Source: Octopus sinensis (lineage: Eukaryota). From it: 64,000 bases of DNA. The stretch spans positions 5,704,001 through 5,768,000 of the forward strand of contig NC_043006.1 of NCBI RefSeq assembly GCF_006345805.1. The letters run 5' to 3'. A program made the translations under genes and the position numbers. The notes below the pieces were generated by a model that worked only from the letters and a program-made list of their open reading frames with translations, was not told the DNA's origin and made no database searches. This document shows positions 13,106 to 25,954 of this stretch, in pieces (the stretch's first letter is position 1; each line of letters starts with the position of its first letter).

Positions 13106-13952
13106 GACCTCTGGAGATATGCTGTGACTGTGAAGACCCAACAAATGAAGTGAGTTCATGGCTCGCAGGATGGTCTGCTGTGCTTACCTTGGATTGTAGG
13201 GTGACCCGCTGTGCTTGAGGAGACCTATTGAGTCAAGTACATCAACATCAAAATAAATATCAAATGGAAATTGTAGTTGTGATACCCATAGGCGCAGGAG
13301 TTGCTGTGTGGTAAGTAGCTTGCTAACCAACCACATGGTTCCGAGTTCAGTCCCACTGCGTGGCATCTTGGGCAAGTGTCTTCTGCTATAGCCCCAGGCT
13401 GACCAATGCCTTGTGAGTGGATTTGGTAGACGGAAACTGAAAGAAGCCTGTCGTATATATGTATATATATATGTTTGTGTGTGTGTGTCTGTGTTTGTCC
13501 CCCTAGCATTGCTTGACAACCGATGCTGGTGTGTTTACGTCCCCGTCACTTAGCGGTTCGGCAAAAAGAGACCGATAGAATAAGTACTGGGCTTCCAAAG
13601 AATAAGTCCCGGGGTCGATTTGCTCAACTAAAGGTGGTGCTCCAGCATGGCCACAGTCAAATGACTGAAACAAGTAAAAGAGTAAAGAGTATGCCGGTGG
13701 CATGTAAAAAGCACCATTTGAACGTGGCTGATGCCAGTGCCACCTTGACTGACGTTCGTGCCAGTGGCACATAAAAAGCACCAACTGATCGTGGCCGTTG
13801 CCAGTCTCTTCTGGCCCCTGTGCTGGTGGCACAAAAAAAGCACCCCAGATCAGACTGGAGCATGGTACAACCTCCTGGCTTCCCAGACCCCGGTCGAACT
13901 GTCCAAACCATGCTAGCATGGAAAACGGATGTTAAACGATGATGATGATGAT
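13106..13952 (+). mobile_element. Long family 1 copy retaining the RTE ORF end; split by a SINE
   Basis: 13106-13153 encodes DLWRYAVTVKTQQMK*; then UTR, repeat units and (GAT)n. Confidence 0.75.
13290..13690 (+). mobile_element. Family 2 SINE nested in an RTE 3'-end element
   Basis: Same head and body as 9015-9468; host sequence resumes at 13691. Confidence 0.85.
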
Positions 13953-16037
13953 GTGTTTGTGTAGTTCTAAATACTATAGCAATTAGCATTATAATACTTA
14001 ATAATTAGCATTATAATACTTAATAACATTTGTTAGAGGGATATGTAATATATTATTTAATGTGCCTTTCCCTTATCTAAGAATAAGAATAAGTAAGAAA
14101 GTATTCTAGCTCTTAATTTTCACTGGTCTCTGATCTACAGACCTCACACAACCTACCCGTCACCCATCTCAGTTATGACACGAAAACATTTAACCTCAGT
14201 CACAGAATATTTCTGATCTTTTAAAATGTTTCATAATTTATGACCTCTGATTGTTAAGTCACCTTCACTGGGAGGAGTTCATACTGCTTCTGTTATGTAT
14301 TATTTGTCAAAGATCTGTTTGATAATAATGCCGGTGACGTTTTGGTATGTCCAGTAATCTACAACTAAATACCTCTCTCTCTCTCTCATTGTTTGAGGAA
14401 TTTTTGCTTGATGATTCATCTTTTCTCAACTAATTATGGTAAATAGTAATTACAAATAGGGTGGTGCCCAGAACCCAAGCCATTTGCTAGTGATCTGTGG
14501 CAGCAAAAGTTAACGTATAAAAATTTGAAGGACAAAAAATGTTAATGAGCTGATTTTCTGTGGAGTGTGAAAAATTCAAAATTTTGGACACTTGCTCATC
14601 TCCAAAACACTGGATTTTTCACTCCTCAGGAGAAATCAACTCAACAGTAATTCATTTTTTCTACCAACTTTTACAGAACAATTCCATTTGGTTTCTAGGA
14701 ATTTCTGACTGGTTTACATGTCAGAGAAGTATAATAGTTTCAACAAAAATCAAGGAAGATTGTGTTAAAGGATGTAATGCCTGAAGTGGTGATAATGTGT
14801 CAATTACAGCCTTTGATTATACAATTTAATTAAAATAAAACCAGTCAGAGCACTACAGATTTATGTTAATATCAGCCAATAAACTTTTCTCATGACTTAG
14901 GTTCAAACGCAGTTGTTGCCAGTATACATCTTACCATTAAGTAACTTGAAGAAAGGATGGATTTTTCTAAATTACTTTTTAATTTTATCAAGAGAGAGAG
15001 GAGTCAAAAAGATAAATAAATTACTGTAAATAAAAAACTGATTTTTCTCAACTGTTACTTATTTAAAGAATTAGCAATAAGTAAGGGTTAAAAAATTGCT
15101 AAAAAGCCTTAAAAGGATGACAAAATAGATTAAGGTCTTCATTAATTGTCTTTTAAATTAGATCTTCCAATCTTTTAAAAATAGGATAGTTTTTTTTAAA
15201 GATTCTTTTACAGCTAGATGTCTTTATTAACCACTTTTTTTAACTATCAAGTAGGATTCAGACCTGCATATCAAATAAGTTTTTTGTCTTGGTCCAGAAC
15301 TCTGCAAAATAACTGTCGTAAATTTTGAACTCTCAATCATATTTTCTGCAGTCCAGCACCTTAACTTCACGGCTATTGTACTTCATATATAATGAATGCA
15401 ACTGTATTTTTTTCTCTTACAAGTTATGATTATTTTCTGATTAACCAGCAGAATTTAGTATCAACAAAAACAATGAAATAATGTAGCACCTATTTTTATA
15501 CTACTTACTTTTCAAGAATTTTAAGTACTTCAAAAGTAAGCAGTGTTTCCACTGCACTATTCCTTCTCTAACAAAAGTAGATAGGTCACCTTCTTTAGCT
15601 AGATATGAAGTGCTTAAATTAATTTTGTAATAGAAAGCAAGTATGTTAGGTGAACAAGTGCTACATTGCAAAAAGATAGGAACCTTGACTGAGGTAGAAT
15701 AAAGGAAAGCATATATAATTTAATTTCACCTAACCTTCAAGATTTAGGTTATCAGATAAAACGGCTAAGAAAGAGGAGGTTACAGAAGAACTTTAAAAAA
15801 ACCTTAGATAGCGCCTGTGCCTGTATGTATGTCTACTGAGTGCATGGTAAATACATAAGTTTGTATATTTGTGAATATGAATATATGATTTAAAGGTATA
15901 TAGATATATTTACATACATTTACATACAGATATATAGAGATTTATACATATATAATTTTGTTGTCTAGGGAGAGTCATATTGCCTTGATATATTTAATAT
16001 GGTCACCAGTTCAATTTCCGCTTTTTTTTTTGTCTGT

Positions 16038-16079
16038 TCCAAAAAGCTTTTTCATTGCTTTTTCAACCTTATCAATGGA
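16038..16079 (-). ncRNA. Minimal hammerhead ribozyme-like motif, U3-A8 core, in the Penelope terminal repeat
   Basis: UCCA-UUGAUAA-g-GUUG aaaaag CAAU-GAAA-aagcuu-UU-UGGA; stems I and II plus a palindromic stem III. Confidence 0.6.
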
Positions 16080-16267
16080 TATCAACTCTGTACATTATCA
16101 AAGCAGCATTCCTTTGGTCTGTTTGAGATTTTGTTGCATGCGCGCGCGTGTGTGTGTGTGCACACACCAATGTGTATGTGTGTGTGTGTACACCAGCATG
16201 CATGTGTGCTTGTGTATGCTCATATGTAAGTATGTGTATGTAGGTATGTATGTGTGCATATATGTAT

Positions 16268-16650
16268 GCAGGAGTGGCTGTGTGGCAAGTAGCTTGCTTA
16301 CCAACCACATGGTTCCAGGTTCAGTTTTACTGCATGGCAAATGTTTTCTACTATAGCCTTGGGCCAACCAAAGCCTTGTGAGTGGATTTGGTAGGCAGAA
16401 ACTGAAAGAAGCCTGTCGTATATATATACATATATATATTTGTGTGTATGTGTTTGTCCCCACACCATCCTTTGACAACCGATGTTGGCATGTCTACATC
16501 TCCGTAACTTGGTAGTTCGACAAAAGAGTGCCGATAGAATAAGTTCTAGGCTTACAAATATTAAGTCCTGGGGTTGATTTGTTCAACTAAAGGCAGTGCT
16601 CCAGCATGGCTGCAGTCAAATGACTGAAACAAAAGATTAAAAGAAAAAAA
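16268..16650 (+). mobile_element. Family 2 SINE inside the Penelope remnant
   Basis: Homologous to 9015-9468. Confidence 0.8.
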
Positions 16651-16896
16651 GAATTCATGTGTTTGTGTGTGATTGTGTGTTTATATATGTGTGTGTATAC
16701 CTCTGCTTCCTTGCATGTGTGTGTTTGAGTGTGTCTATGTGTATGAGTTTGTGTGATTATGTACATGCGTCTGTTATGTATGGGTGTGTGTCTCCAAATA
16801 TTTATGTGTGTATATATGGTCATGTGTTTCTGTCTCCTTTTGTGTGCTTGTCTGTCTGTATTACCTATGTACCTTCCTACTTACCTATCTGTCTAC

Positions 16897-17207
16897 ATCA
16901 TCATCGTTTAACGTCCGTTCTCCATGCTAGCATGGGTTGGACGGTTCGACCGGGGATCTGGGAAGCCAGAAGGCTGCACCAGGCTCCGGTCTTATCTAGC
17001 AATGTTTCTACAGCTGGATGCCCTTCCTAATGCCAACCACTCCGTGAGTGTAGTGGGTGCTTTTTACATGCCACCTGCACTGGTGCCAGGTGAGGCTGGC
17101 ATCGGCCACGGTCGGATTGGTGCATTTTACGTGCCACCTGCACGGAAGCCAGTCGAGGCGGCACTGGCTTCGGCCACGATTCGGATGGTGCTTTTTACGT
17201 GCCACCG
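16897..17207 (-). mobile_element. Family 1 copy, near-identical to 54905-55197
   Basis: Shared diagnostic CGTTCTCC, CGGGGATCTGGG and CCGGTCTTATCT. Confidence 0.85.
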
Positions 17208-18205
17208 ACTACATATCTATTTATCTACCCACCTATTTACTTACTTAACTGCCTATTTGCAAATGTACCTATGTATGTATACTCTGTGAGTATAGGAGTA
17301 TCTCTACCTTCTACACATATTTCCTCTTTAGTACTGGGGATGTTTCATTTATGAGGATGTATTCTTGTATTTGTCTAAGTGATGGGTCCTTTAGGTGCTT
17401 GAATAAAATGCAAACGTCAATTCATCCCAGTATGCTTCCATGTTGGTTTTTGGCATGTTGATAGAGTATGGAGAACTGTTTCTTGTCATCATAGTGCCTC
17501 CAGTACTCACTTAATCTTTCCACTATACTCCTAGAGGTCTCTCCAATGTATGCCATTTTTCTGTCCTTACAAACACCTATGCACCTTATGCTACAGACTA
17601 GATTTCTAGTTTTACAGTTGTTGCCAAGGTTAATCTTACTTACTATTTAATTCTCATTAGTGTTTGTGGTATTTTCGAAGCAGTAAATCTTACATAACTG
17701 TAATCAGATGGAGCTCCCTGGCTTCTCAACGATCTTGATGTTGAGTTTTGTTTCCTTCAGAGCCTTCATAAATCTATGGGCTAATTCCCGAGGTGTGACC
17801 TCTACAAGCATCATTCCTTGATATTTGTCAGCCCTGTACCTTATGTTCCCTTTGTTTGCTTTGTCACAAACCTTCTGTATACTATTCCAGTCTTTACTTC
17901 TGTATCCAGGGTGGGTATCGCTGGTTTCATTACATATGATGTTATCTAATTTCTTTCTGGCTCCCCTGTATACATGAATCCTATCATTCTGGTCGTATCC
18001 AGAGAATTGCATGTGCTGCAAGAAGTTCTATATATGTTTAAAGATAAATGAGTGGAAATTGAATTGGTGAGGGTGTTAGTGTGTTAAGGCAATATGATTC
18101 TCCCCAAACACAACAAAATTTGTTTCAACACACAAATTCCCATAAAGAATCTTGCAAACCGGATACAAAAACGAAGTAATGATTTTAATTTTGTTTCGTT
18201 TGCAG

Positions 18206-18259
18206 TCACGGGTGGTTTATCAACAAGGAGGAGAAAGAAATTTTCATGCTTTTTATCAG
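18206..18259 (+). CDS. MYO1D: MYO1D-like exon (54 nt)
   Basis: tgcag|...CAG|gtaag; SRVVYQQGGERNFHAFYQ; continues LLEK in phase 0. Confidence 0.96.
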
Positions 18260-19056
18260 GTAAGCTTTAATGTTACAATTATACACAAATATATATTTAT
18301 ATACAAATATATATATATATGAGCAAAACGCTCCCCGTCCAATAAAGCAGAGTTTTCTTTTCATTAAAAAATAATTAAGCATGCCTTTATTTCAATAAAG
18401 TTTTTGGTTTTGTTAAACGAAGTCAAGGCAAAAAAGAAAACTTCGTGAGAGACCTGATAGTCTTTCCTTCCTTCATGCCAAGTTTGAAGAAAATATCTCT
18501 TTTGCATCTTACTTTTTTGGTCACTTAAATATACTGCATTTTGTGGCATTATTTCAAGACAGCCGGCTTTTTTTGCCCAAACTGCACATGCATTTTTCTC
18601 GCTTATGTGTAGTATCAATCGCAACAGCTGATGTACTTGCACGTACAAATACACGTTCCCACGGCTTTATCAATCGCATTCTCACCTGGCCAGCTCCTGT
18701 CAAAAACCATCCAACCCATGCCAGCACGGAAGGAGATCATTAAACGATGATAATGACCCCGACCACTAATTAGGTCACCTAGGTAAACAGAAACAAAGCT
18801 AAATGGCTAACCTGGGCATTTATGGAATTCCTTTCATCAATTATCCTTCTCCTATAAATTTGGTACATTTAAATCCCTGGTTCACATTGAGACAGGCATT
18901 GATCTCTCTTCACCTCTTACTTATCGACTGCACGTGATATTCCGGTACCTCGAAATATTTTCATTTCTCTTGCCATCATTTTAATAAATGATGAAATACT
19001 TGTTCTGATTTTTCATAGAACACAGAGAGGCTTTCCAGATGGTATTGTCTTTGGTA

Positions 19057-19289
19057 AAGGCAGCGAGCTGGCAGAATCATTAGCACGTCAGGTGAAATGC
19101 TTTGCGGTATTTCGTCTGCCGTTATGTTCTGAGTTCTAATTCCGCCGAGGTCGACTTTGCCTTTCATCCTTTCGGGGTCGATAAATTAAGTACCAGTTAC
19201 GCACTGGGGTCGATGTAATCGACTTAATACCTATGTCTGTCCTTGTTTGTTCCCTCTATGTTTAGCCCCTTGTGGGTAATAAAGAAATA
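19057..19289 (+). mobile_element. Family 3 SINE, single unit, 13-bp TSD
   Basis: TSD GGTATTGTCTTTG at 19041-19053 and 19290-19302. Confidence 0.88.
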
Positions 19290-19699
19290 GGTATTGTCTT
19301 TGATTCACTGCCATCAGGACATTTGTCATACAGCATCTCTATTGCACTCATGAAACAAAATCTTCATTAATCTATCTCCACAAATGCTGTTCATAATCTG
19401 TGACACTTTTTCACCAAAAACAGAAACAGACAGGTGCTACATTTTAGTATTTTGTCTGATACCTGACCTCTCTAACTTTAAACACCAACCAAGTTGATTG
19501 CTTTTCGTTGAGGCAGTTTAATTTCAAATAATAGCCATGTACTATGTGACATTTAAGTAACTCTACATTTTTTTAATACATATTTTGCTTTTGAAAGAAA
19601 CTAATTTTTATAATTTATTTTTGATTGAAGATTGATAGTGTCCCAGTTTGGCCAACATAATTATAGGTTAAACCAGTTTTTATTTCTGTGTTTTGCTAG

Positions 19700-19795
19700 C
19701 TTTTGTTTGGTGCATCTGAAGGCAAACTGAAAGAACTCGGTCTTGAGAGGAATGCGGCTCACTACCATTATATTAACCAAGGAGGAGAACAGAAA
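19700..19795 (+). CDS. MYO1D: MYO1D-like exon (96 nt)
   Basis: gctag|...AAA|gtaag; LLFGASEGKLKELGLERNAAHYHYINQGGEQK. Confidence 0.93.
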
Positions 19796-21096
19796 GTAAG
19801 TTTTTAAAATATTTTCTTCTTTCTTCCTCTATTCAGATTGTAAGAGAGGAGTGTCAAGTCATTGAAATGTTTTTTCTGGTTTGAATAATCTTGACATACT
19901 TTCTGTTTTTGATAAATGCATTTTTTAAGTTTAGATATCAACTAAATTTTGACCTATTAAGTTATGAATGTGATTTTATTGTCCTGTAATGCATTGTACT
20001 TGAAGTAGAATTGTTGCTGGAACCTAGGTAGGACCACACAAAGCAAAATATACATTCCAGTTATGTCACCCTGTTTTTGGTATATCTAGGATCTATTGGC
20101 CTGTTGTCCTTTCATTTAAGTCAATAGGGTTGAATTCAGAGAAGAATTTGATTATTTCTAGCACCTGAGACAATCACTGAGACTCCCTCATTATCTTTTT
20201 CGGTATAATACAAGATTGTAGAAGTGTCGATGGTGTTTGGAGTGATTCCAATATTTTCTGGATCTTCTGGATTATTTCTGTATAAATTGCTTAGGTGCTT
20301 CTATATGAAGTTCCAGTCATTGAACTATTAAAGGTTAGAATGTTACTTCACATTTTGTACTGTACTTCACCCTGACAAAGGTACTTTATTCTCAAAGGCC
20401 CAGTCCAGTCTGCTCAACTGTAAAAATGTAGAGAGAAGAGGAAACGTAACACACCATTGTAAATAATGGAAACCACTTGTTGTCTAGAAGTGGGTGAAGG
20501 GAAGTCCATTTTGGGTAACATTTTTGGAGGGTATCAATTTCCATATTCATTTAGTTGTTTCAGTAAGGATATTTCAAGCTGAAGGATAGCCTCAGGTGAC
20601 ACAGATTTTCTGGTTTTGTCGCTAGTGGGAGCACTATACAACTGAGATGTAGTGCTGATTTAACTCTTCCAACATGCACTGAACATTATTGTTGTGTAAA
20701 CTAGAATATGTAGATTGTGAAGCCTTAGTTATTTTCATCAACTAAAGGGTCAGTTTAAAATGTTTCTCAGAAAGTGGCAGAGCATGGATTGTCAGTACAT
20801 AGGGCAAGGCAAGTAATGTGTCCCCTAATAGAGTGGCTGTAATTAGCAGATAAAATACTATAAAATTTTACATGGCAGCATTTATTTTCTCTGTCATGTT
20901 GAAAAACTGTGTAGAATATTCAAACATTAGATTTTGTTTGATAGGAAAGATGTACTATTTTATTTCGTTTTTGGATTTGGTTTGCAAGATTCTTTATGTG
21001 AGTTTGTGTGTTGAAGCATATTCTATTGTGTCTGGGGAGAGTCATTTTCTTTTTGTGCCTTATAATTTAACACACTCACTGGTAGAATAGTCTTGA

Positions 21097-21133
21097 CTAT
21101 TGAAAAGGTTGCAAGAAGCAACGAAAATTTTAG
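21097..21133 (+). ncRNA. Minimal hammerhead-like motif, U3-A8 core
   Basis: CUA-UUGAAAA-g-GUUGC aagaa GCAAC-GAAA-au-UU-UAG; perfect 5-bp stem II. Confidence 0.55.
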
Positions 21134-21180
21134 GAAAATAAAAATAAGAAAGAAGTGGAAATTTTACCAGCGAGTATTAA

Positions 21181-21739
21181 CTCCTTGACGCCGGTATTAC
21201 CCAAAGCCTGCGATAAACTGCTCTGGTTTTTTTTATCTAATGAGGCCACACAAACACAATGAGCTCACGATGTTCAACACGATAACAAGCGAGTTGACAT
21301 AGGTCTTGGTTGTGCTGATGTTTGACGCGACGACGAGTTGGTTGCCACGGGTGTTGTCAGGCGCGATGACGAGCGTAAATTCACTGATGGAGGACCGAAG
21401 CATGAACGCAGAACTTGTAATTGATTTGAAGACATTTTGAATTATGATGTGTTTTCGCTGGAGACCGTTACTTTTATACCTCCTGTACCAATGCATATGC
21501 ATGTAAAGTATCCGCATGTTATTGGTTAGTCTCATGACTTGAACATAATCTAAAATAGCTAAGATAATGCATGGGACGGTGAGCGTGTGCACCTCAAGAG
21601 ATAAAGTACACAATAGCGAACATAAACCACTAAAAACTCCGTGATTGATGTGGGGCAGCTCTACATCATATATTTACATTAACCATGGGCAGGCAAGCAA
21701 AAGTATGATCGCATATTTGCGTCAACCGTTGTCAAGGGG
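21181..21739. mobile_element. piggyBac-type MITE
   Basis: TTAA on both sides; TIRs CTCCTTGACGCCGGT / ACCGTTGTCAAGGGG. Confidence 0.75.
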
Positions 21740-23795
21740 TTAAATTATAAAGCACAAAAAGAAAATTACACTCCCCAGACACAACAGAGTACTGTTTTAT
21801 ATTTTGTTATTACTACTAGAGGATTATTACTAGTTTATATCTTTTGTAATTTTCTAGCTCTTATGATTTAGTGTCCAGGGTAACTGTCCCTGTGACCCAC
21901 CCATGTTATACCCCTGATCTCAGGTGTATTTTAATTAAGGATCATTTTTATCAATTTATTTATGTAACAGTAAAACATTTGGGGAAAACATACTCTGTTA
22001 AATTTATCTCTTGCCAAAGTGGTTGAGTAGATTATTGTATGGTATTATTGAACTACAAGTTTGTATGTTAGGAATTCAATTCAATTCTATTCTCTATTGT
22101 ATGTCTAGAGTTCATTTGACTTGTCTTATGCATTCTGGTTGCATGAAATAATTAGATTGAGATTAGGTATTAGATTCCTTAATGATGCTGTAGATATTCT
22201 TTGATTATTGTTGTTAGTGGCAACAGAATCACATATGAAACTGACCAGATTTCACATGTTGCAGATATTATCTGCAATGACAGTTGCATCTATTCATATA
22301 CGTGAGATACTACAGTATATGAGCAGTGTTCCAGCATGGCATTGACTCTTATAATCAAGACCAACTAAAGAATAGTATTATGCTTCTTATTTGCCACATG
22401 ATCATGTTAGTCAAAATATTCTTACAGAAATTTTTATTATACTCAGTCTCTCTGGCTGACAAGCAGTCCCTCTATAAAACAAATCGCAACTGTGAAATTT
22501 CTTTAACCCTTTAACATTCAGACTATTCTGTCAAATGTAATGCTTTTAACTCATTGTTTTCAATTAAACATGCATTATCATGTAACTTCAAGATTTCAAT
22601 GATGCGACTGTTTGTTTTTAAGAATGATATTATAGGTTTAGTGTGAGACGCTTGATCTGGCCAGTCTGAACGTAAAACAAGCAGAATATTTTGGCTCGAT
22701 ATGACTGGTTTAAAAGGTTAAAAATAAGCAGAAGTATTAATTTTGAAGCAATGTCCCACACCTACAGACAGGTAATAAAAAGGGGGAAAATGGATTAAAA
22801 GAAATTAGATATTAAGGGTTTTAGAGTACATTAGAAGTGATCTTATTTAGCATATTCCTGTTTAAAGGGGTTTTATAAAGGTGTTTGAGGGAGTTTACAA
22901 TTTTCTTTAATTAGTATGAAACTAGTAATGGTTTGAAACTAGTAAAAGTGGGTGCTTCTATGACTGTTGATGAAAGAAATATGAAATTCCTAGTTTAAAA
23001 CTTTCTAATTCATTAAATTTATTTTCAAAATCAGTTGCTTAAAACTATTTTTTCTATATATATATATATATATATATATTCTGTTTAATAGTAAAATTTT
23101 ATGCTTCAATGTTTATTTTCTCTTGGTGTTTTAAACCTTCATGTGTGAGTTAGGAATCTGAAGTTTTATATTAGTCACTGCTGCAAACACAGCCAACTTG
23201 TGACTGTGTTGTAATTCAGTTTGTCTCACAATGAAGCTTGTTGAAACGTTGGTGTTTTTGCTGGTGAAAGATAATTTTATTGCAATTACACTAATGTTCT
23301 GAAAGCACACTCAAGTAGAGATTTTAAAAATAAGGCCAAGTCATACAATTACAGTTAAACATCGAATGTCATGATACACAATTATGGTCTAGGGTTACAA
23401 GACTTTTGAAATGTGTTTATTTAAAAAGAATATATAACTGGACTCTATGAATTTTAAAGAACTTAAGTTGTGGTAGAGAATGCAGAATGGAAATATAGTT
23501 CAGAAATGCAAAATTGTCTTGATAATTCTAAACTTTTAGTTTTGGTAGTGATAAGAAACAAAATATTGAGGATATGATAGTTTATTGAAATTTACCCAAA
23601 GAAACAACAACTTATTCAGTTTTTGGAATAATGTTTTAACCCTTTTGATATTATCTGCAATGGCAGTTGCATCTATTCATATACGTAAGATACTACAGTA
23701 TATGAACAGTGTTCCTGCATGGCACTGACTCTTATAATTAAGACCAACTAAAGACCAGCTGGATGGAGACAACCCTCTGGTTTTACGATATAAAT

Positions 23796-24070
23796 CATCA
23801 TCATCATTTAACGTCCACTTTCCATGCTAGCATGGGTTGGACAATTTGACTGAGGTCTGGCGAACCAGATGGCTGCACCAGACTCCAATCTGATCTGGCA
23901 GAGTTTCTACAGCTGGATGCCCTTCCTAATGCCAACCACTCCGAGAGTGTAGTGGGTGCTTTTACATGCCACCGGCACGAGGGCCAGTCAGGCGGTACTG
24001 GCAATGGCCATGCTCAAATTGGTGCTTTTTGTGTGCCACCTGCACAGGAGCCAGTTCAGTGGCACTGGCA
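23796..24070 (-). mobile_element. Family 1 copy inside a TTAA MITE
   Basis: Conserved block and (CAT)n. Confidence 0.82.
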
Positions 24071-24590
24071 ATATTCTGCTCTAAAATGCTCTAAATCAAA
24101 ACCTATCAAAATTTTAGGTTTATTTATGTTCTAAGCACCAACTTAATAATAACAATGTTATTATTTTACTAAATTCTTCATTATTTTCTAAAATTGATTC
24201 AGACCAAGGCAGTGCATTTCAAAATAAATATGGTAACAAAAGAGTTAAATTATAATATCCTGTACAGTGTAGAACATAGACAGACATAGTATAGAAGCAG
24301 CTTCTTAATTATCCCTTAAAGTATATTGTCCCTGTTAAAATATGTGAACCATTAAGTAAACATTGATCCATCTCTCAGTGAACAAAATAATTCTTTGAAT
24401 GGACACAACTTTTTTGGGTGATAAAATGCAAACCCCATTATATGTTACATGCATTTTATTCTCTGTCATTTTCTTTAAAATAATTTTATGTAAATTTATA
24501 GAATTTCCCATTTTGAAAATATAATTCCTCGCTGCTTTTATATGAAACTTCCTTGAAAACCCCTAATTTGTTTTTCCTATATTTATTTAG

Positions 24591-24710
24591 GTGAACTCAG
24601 TAAATGATCGCAAGGATTACCGGACTGTCATGGAAGCTATGAAAGCTTTATCTTTTAATTTTAAACACGTGGAAACCATTTGGAAGATTGCTACTGCCAT
24701 TCTTCTTCTG
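24591..24710 (+). CDS. MYO1D: MYO1D-like exon (120 nt)
   Basis: tttag|...CTG|gtatgt; VNSVNDRKDYRTVMEAMKALSFNFKHVETIWKIATAILLL. Confidence 0.95.
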
Positions 24711-25177
24711 GTATGTCCAATGAATTTTTTTAAGTTCATCATTAAGTTCTTTCTTGTTATTCAACATAAAAAATATTTTTCCTCTTATAATTTTTGTAAC
24801 AAAATACTGCAGTCATCCTGTTTAACATTATTTGATGAGGATACTCCCCTCAGTTTCTTTTGCTAGTTATACCAAGTCTGCTATCAAAATATAACCATTA
24901 ATGATTCCAACAGTTTTATGGATGATTTATTTAGCCATTGGTATGTCCTACTTCATTAAAATAAGTACACTCCCCCCACACATATGGAGTCTTACAAGGC
25001 AAGATATCATGACTGGCAGAGTCAAACAGACTTGCTCAGTCATTGATGTGCAAACATAATGAAGGTATAAAAGGGGAAGAGGGGAGATTGGAGAGAGCAA
25101 GGGAAAAAGGAAAAGAAGAAATTTTCATCCCCTTCTACAACAGATGGAGGCTGGCAACATGCCATGGTATATTGGAA

Positions 25178-25417
25178 ATACACCTATTTCTTTACTACCC
25201 ACAAGGGGCTAAACACAGAGAGGACAAGCAAGGACAGACAAACGGATTAAGTCGATTATATCGACCCTAGTGTGTAACTGGTACTTAATTTAATCGACCC
25301 CGAAAGAATGAAAGGAAAAGTCGACCTCGACGGAATTTGAACTCAGAACGTAATGGCAGACGAAATACCGCTAAGCATTTTGCCCAGTGTGCTAACGATT
25401 CTGCCAGCTCACCACCT
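25178..25417 (-). mobile_element. Family 3 SINE
   Basis: Reverse complement of 19057-19289. Confidence 0.82.
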
Positions 25418-25494
25418 TCTGTATTAGAAATACACCTGATTATCTAAAATGCCTAATGCGGGTACCATATGTAGGTATTTTAACGGTTTTAAAA

Positions 25495-25845
25495 TAATAA
25501 TAATAATGAAATTATTGTATACAGTGCTCAGGTGCACCACAACTTGTCGAAAGTATGTATAAAGCATATGCAGTAATGTACAAATGTCTGGGAAGTGAAC
25601 AATGTATGAGTCAGATACAGGCTTGCTTGTGTGTATGGAGGGGAGAAAATCAGGTGTAGTGTTGGTGAATCTCAGGAAGCGTGGAAGTTTTGAAGGATGC
25701 AGGGCTCCGACAACTAACAACTGATGCCGGTAGTTTGTTCCAACTTTTAGCGTGAAAAAATGTTTCCGAAAGTCATGGGAGCTGTGCTGTTTTCTGACTT
25801 TGTAAACATGTCCACGGTGTTAGACAGGTGGAGTTTGAAAAGGTG
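25495..25845 (-). mobile_element. CR1-type LINE 3' fragment
   Basis: Reverse complement of 4525-4870. Confidence 0.85.
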
Positions 25846-25954
25846 TAGGTTCAACACTCAATTTTGTAGAACGCTCCAAACCAACAACCAATGTTAAACA
25901 TACCTTAGCTATATGCTAAGTGAATTACAAGAAATTATTAAATGTAATAACAGA

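Larger units (their letters stand above)
15955..18182 (-). mobile_element. Penelope-like retroelement remnant (GIY-YIG endonuclease plus linker) with inverted terminal segments; interrupted by two younger insertions
   Basis: Minus strand about 17320-17625 reads NNCKTRNLVCSIRCIGVCKDRKMAYIGETSRSIVERLSEY...RQIQEYILINETSPVL (YIGETxR motif). ORF 17704-18021 resembles a PLE thumb/linker. 15955-16020 and 18054-18120 are inverted copies. Confidence 0.8.
20960..21795. repeat. Partial palindrome of the same family, interrupted by a TTAA MITE
   Basis: Shares GTCTGGGGAGAGTCATTTTCTTTTTGTGCCTTATAA with 46934 onward; inverted arm resumes after 21743. Confidence 0.75.
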
